The notes under the pieces: model-generated
The model's database searches: none
Seen by the model: only the letters and a program-made list of their open reading frames with translations
Told to the model about the DNA's origin: nothing
NCBI RefSeq assembly: GCF_900167955.1
Contig: NZ_FUYK01000001.1
Location: 98,782 to 130,781, forward strand
DNA: 32,000 nucleotides
Direction of reading: 5' to 3'
Source: Candidatus Nitrosotalea bavarica
Lineage (GTDB): Archaea > Thermoproteota > Nitrososphaeria > Nitrososphaerales > Nitrosopumilaceae
Made by a program: the position numbers and the translations under genes
Shown here: positions 30,602 through 32,000 of the stretch, piece after piece
Layout of the letters: every line of letters starts with the position of its first letter
How positions within the stretch are numbered: the stretch's first letter is position 1

Positions 30602-30862
30602 CTAGTTGAGTATCTGCTCTTCAATCTCTTCAGTCTCATCAACTGGTTCGTTGTGAGCAACTGCTTCAGATTCTTTTTCTTGTTTCGCCTCAAGTTCTCG
30701 TTTGATATATGTAGAAATGTAACCAGCAATTTCGTTCTTGAGACCTTTAGATCTTACAATTGCAACTTCATTTAGAACCTGTTTGTTGTGTGCAAAATCT
30801 TTGTCAAATTTTCCTTTATAAGTAGTCATCAATTCCAGGGAAATTTTTCTGATTCTGTTCAC
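30602..30862 (-). CDS. rps17e: 30S ribosomal protein S17e with an acidic C-terminal extension
   Basis: 86 aa with a GTG start. IRKISLELMTTYKGKFDKDFAHNKQVLNEVAIVRSKGLKNEIAGYISTYIKR matches the eS17 core. The tail is EAVAHNEPVDETEEIEEQILN. Confidence 0.85.
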   Translation of the reverse strand: MNRIRKISLELMTTYKGKFDKDFAHNKQVLNEVAIVRSKGLKNEIAGYISTYIKRELEAKQEKESEAVAHNEPVDETEEIEEQILN

Positions 30863-30893
30863 TGACTTGATTGCCTAAAGGGGTTTTTTATAC

Positions 30894-31649
30894 CTATACA
30901 CCGAGGTATGAACTAGCATTCTTTTCTGCAATTAGATGCATTTCATCATATGATTTGTTCAATATCCCAGCTGCACAAAAAAGCACACTAGGTAGAAATG
31001 TTATTTGTGCGGTTTTCAGACCAAAGCATCTTGAGAACCTCACAGGTCCATCAGTCTCAAGCAGTATTTTATCCAAGTCGGTCAGTGCAAGAAGAACTTG
31101 CTTGTCTTGAGAATAAACCATCGCAGGTCCATATGATACAAAGTAGTCCAGTTCCATTGCTTTTTGTAATTGCTTTTTGCTGCCAGAAAACCAATGAAGT
31201 AAAACACCTTTGATCGAATAAGATGGAAGTATAGAAAATATCTCATCCAGAGTTTTTCTAGAATGAACAGATATAGGTTTTCCTAATTTTTCTGCAAGTG
31301 AGAGCATCTCTTGGAATACTAATACTTGTCTTGAAAATCCTGCTTCGTCTGAAACATACGTTTTGTCAAGACCAATCTCTCCGATACCAGATATTTTATT
31401 TGAATTATTCCCAATCAACTCTACCATTGCATTTAGATCATCATCTGCCTTTTCAGGATGAATTCCAATAAATGGTAAAACCAGAGGACTGCGTTTACTT
31501 AGTTCAAGTGTAGATTTTGAGGTTGTATTATCCATAGAAACACAACATGCTTTGATCTTCAATCTATCCATGGCTACAAGTATGTACTCCAAGTCAGCCA
31601 AGTACTCAGGGTCTGATAGATGAATATGAGCATCAGTCAGCCAGGTCAT
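30894..31649 (-). CDS. tatD: TatD-family metal-dependent hydrolase
   Basis: 251 aa. Motifs: TDAHIHL, IGEIGLD, ISVHSR, VLLHWFSG, LLETDGP. Confidence 0.85.
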   Translation of the reverse strand: MTWLTDAHIHLSDPEYLADLEYILVAMDRLKIKACCVSMDNTTSKSTLELSKRSPLVLPFIGIHPEKADDDLNAMVELIGNNSNKISGIGEIGLDKTYVSDEAGFSRQVLVFQEMLSLAEKLGKPISVHSRKTLDEIFSILPSYSIKGVLLHWFSGSKKQLQKAMELDYFVSYGPAMVYSQDKQVLLALTDLDKILLETDGPVRFSRCFGLKTAQITFLPSVLFCAAGILNKSYDEMHLIAEKNASSYLGV

Positions 31650-31721
31650 GGTTAGTCACTTATTTGAGCACAAAATAGTGTGTATAAATCGATCCCCGCA
31701 TAGTTTTTTTCCACTCAAAGT

Positions 31722-31729
31722 CTTTTATC
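31722..31729 (+). promoter_or_regulatory. Candidate TATA box for the histone gene (would give a leaderless or near-leaderless mRNA)
   Basis: cttttatc is centred about 26 nt upstream of ATG 31751 and preceded by the purine-rich caaag (BRE-like). Based on position and composition only. Confidence 0.3.
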
Positions 31730-31750
31730 AGAGGTTTTTGGATTTATTGT

Positions 31751-31969
31751 ATGACAACAGAATTTGGCCTTTCTGTAATGTATAGGATTTTGAAAAAAGC
31801 AGGTGCAGAAAGAGTAAGTGATGAATCAGCCAACGAACTTAGAAGAATACTAGAAGAGATTGGTGGTTCGATTGCAAAAAATGCAGTAGAGATGTCAGTA
31901 CATGCAGGTAGGAAGACGATAAAATCAGAAGACATTAGACTTGCAGCAAAGCAATTTTCAAAATTCTAA
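31751..31969 (+). CDS. Archaeal histone (HMf family)
   Basis: 72 aa. Histone-fold core: VMYRILKKAGAERVSDESANELRRILEEIGGSIAKNAVEMSVHAGRKTIKSEDIRLAAKQF. Confidence 0.9.
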   Translation: MTTEFGLSVMYRILKKAGAERVSDESANELRRILEEIGGSIAKNAVEMSVHAGRKTIKSEDIRLAAKQFSKF

Positions 31970-32000
31970 TCTAAAAGATTTAATTGTTCAAATAAAGCCA

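Noticed and set aside
1-32000. Search for tRNA, rRNA and C/D-box sRNA genes in every intergenic gap (including 1037-1113, 14198-14309, 20545-20798, 27049-27168 and 31650-31750).
   Set aside because: I found no cloverleaf-compatible sequence and no convincing RUGAUGA...CUGA box pairs. The gaps look like AT-rich promoter spacers. A covariance-model scan would be needed to be definitive.

Overview
Dense, low-GC archaeal chromosome segment. Gene content points to an ammonia-oxidising thaumarchaeon (Nitrosopumilales-like); that assignment is inference, based on TopoVI A/B, Nop5-fibrillarin, aIF1A/aIF2beta, a Rio1-KH pair, Cgi121, an archaeal histone, a TFEbeta/RPC34-like protein, S17e and a DUF5679-type mini zinc ribbon. 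About 45 protein genes are packed almost end to end, many with 4-nt start/stop overlaps and several TTG/GTG starts. I found no tRNA, rRNA, CRISPR array, transposase or integrase. Most of the window is housekeeping: pyrimidine and purine metabolism (pyrK', pyrD, pyrF, purA, apt, mtnP), RNA modification and ribosome biogenesis (nop5, flpA, trm1, rlmE, tsaC, THUMP, cgi121, rio1, KH), translation factors, rnhB, ubiX and uppS. Two items stand out. (1) An accessory-looking block at about 6.1-11.1 kb sits between core genes. It carries a stand-alone 693-aa ABC-ATPase + Toprim (OLD/PARIS-like) candidate defence gene and a 741-aa secreted multi-Ig-like protein with a perfect 18-bp x7 tandem repeat. (2) A ubiquitin-like beta-grasp domain with an internal Gly-Gly is fused to the KEOPS subunit Cgi121, convergent with a translationally coupled tsaC-THUMP pair. 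Other observations: a GAR/RGG tail on Nop5 made by a perfect 45-bp duplication abutting fibrillarin; an uncharacterised wHTH + Zn-ribbon + small-protein cassette; a membrane-anchored sHSP; three small ORFs absent from the ORF track; and repeated palindromic shared stop codons between convergent genes. All functional calls rest on reading motifs in the supplied translations. No database search was possible.
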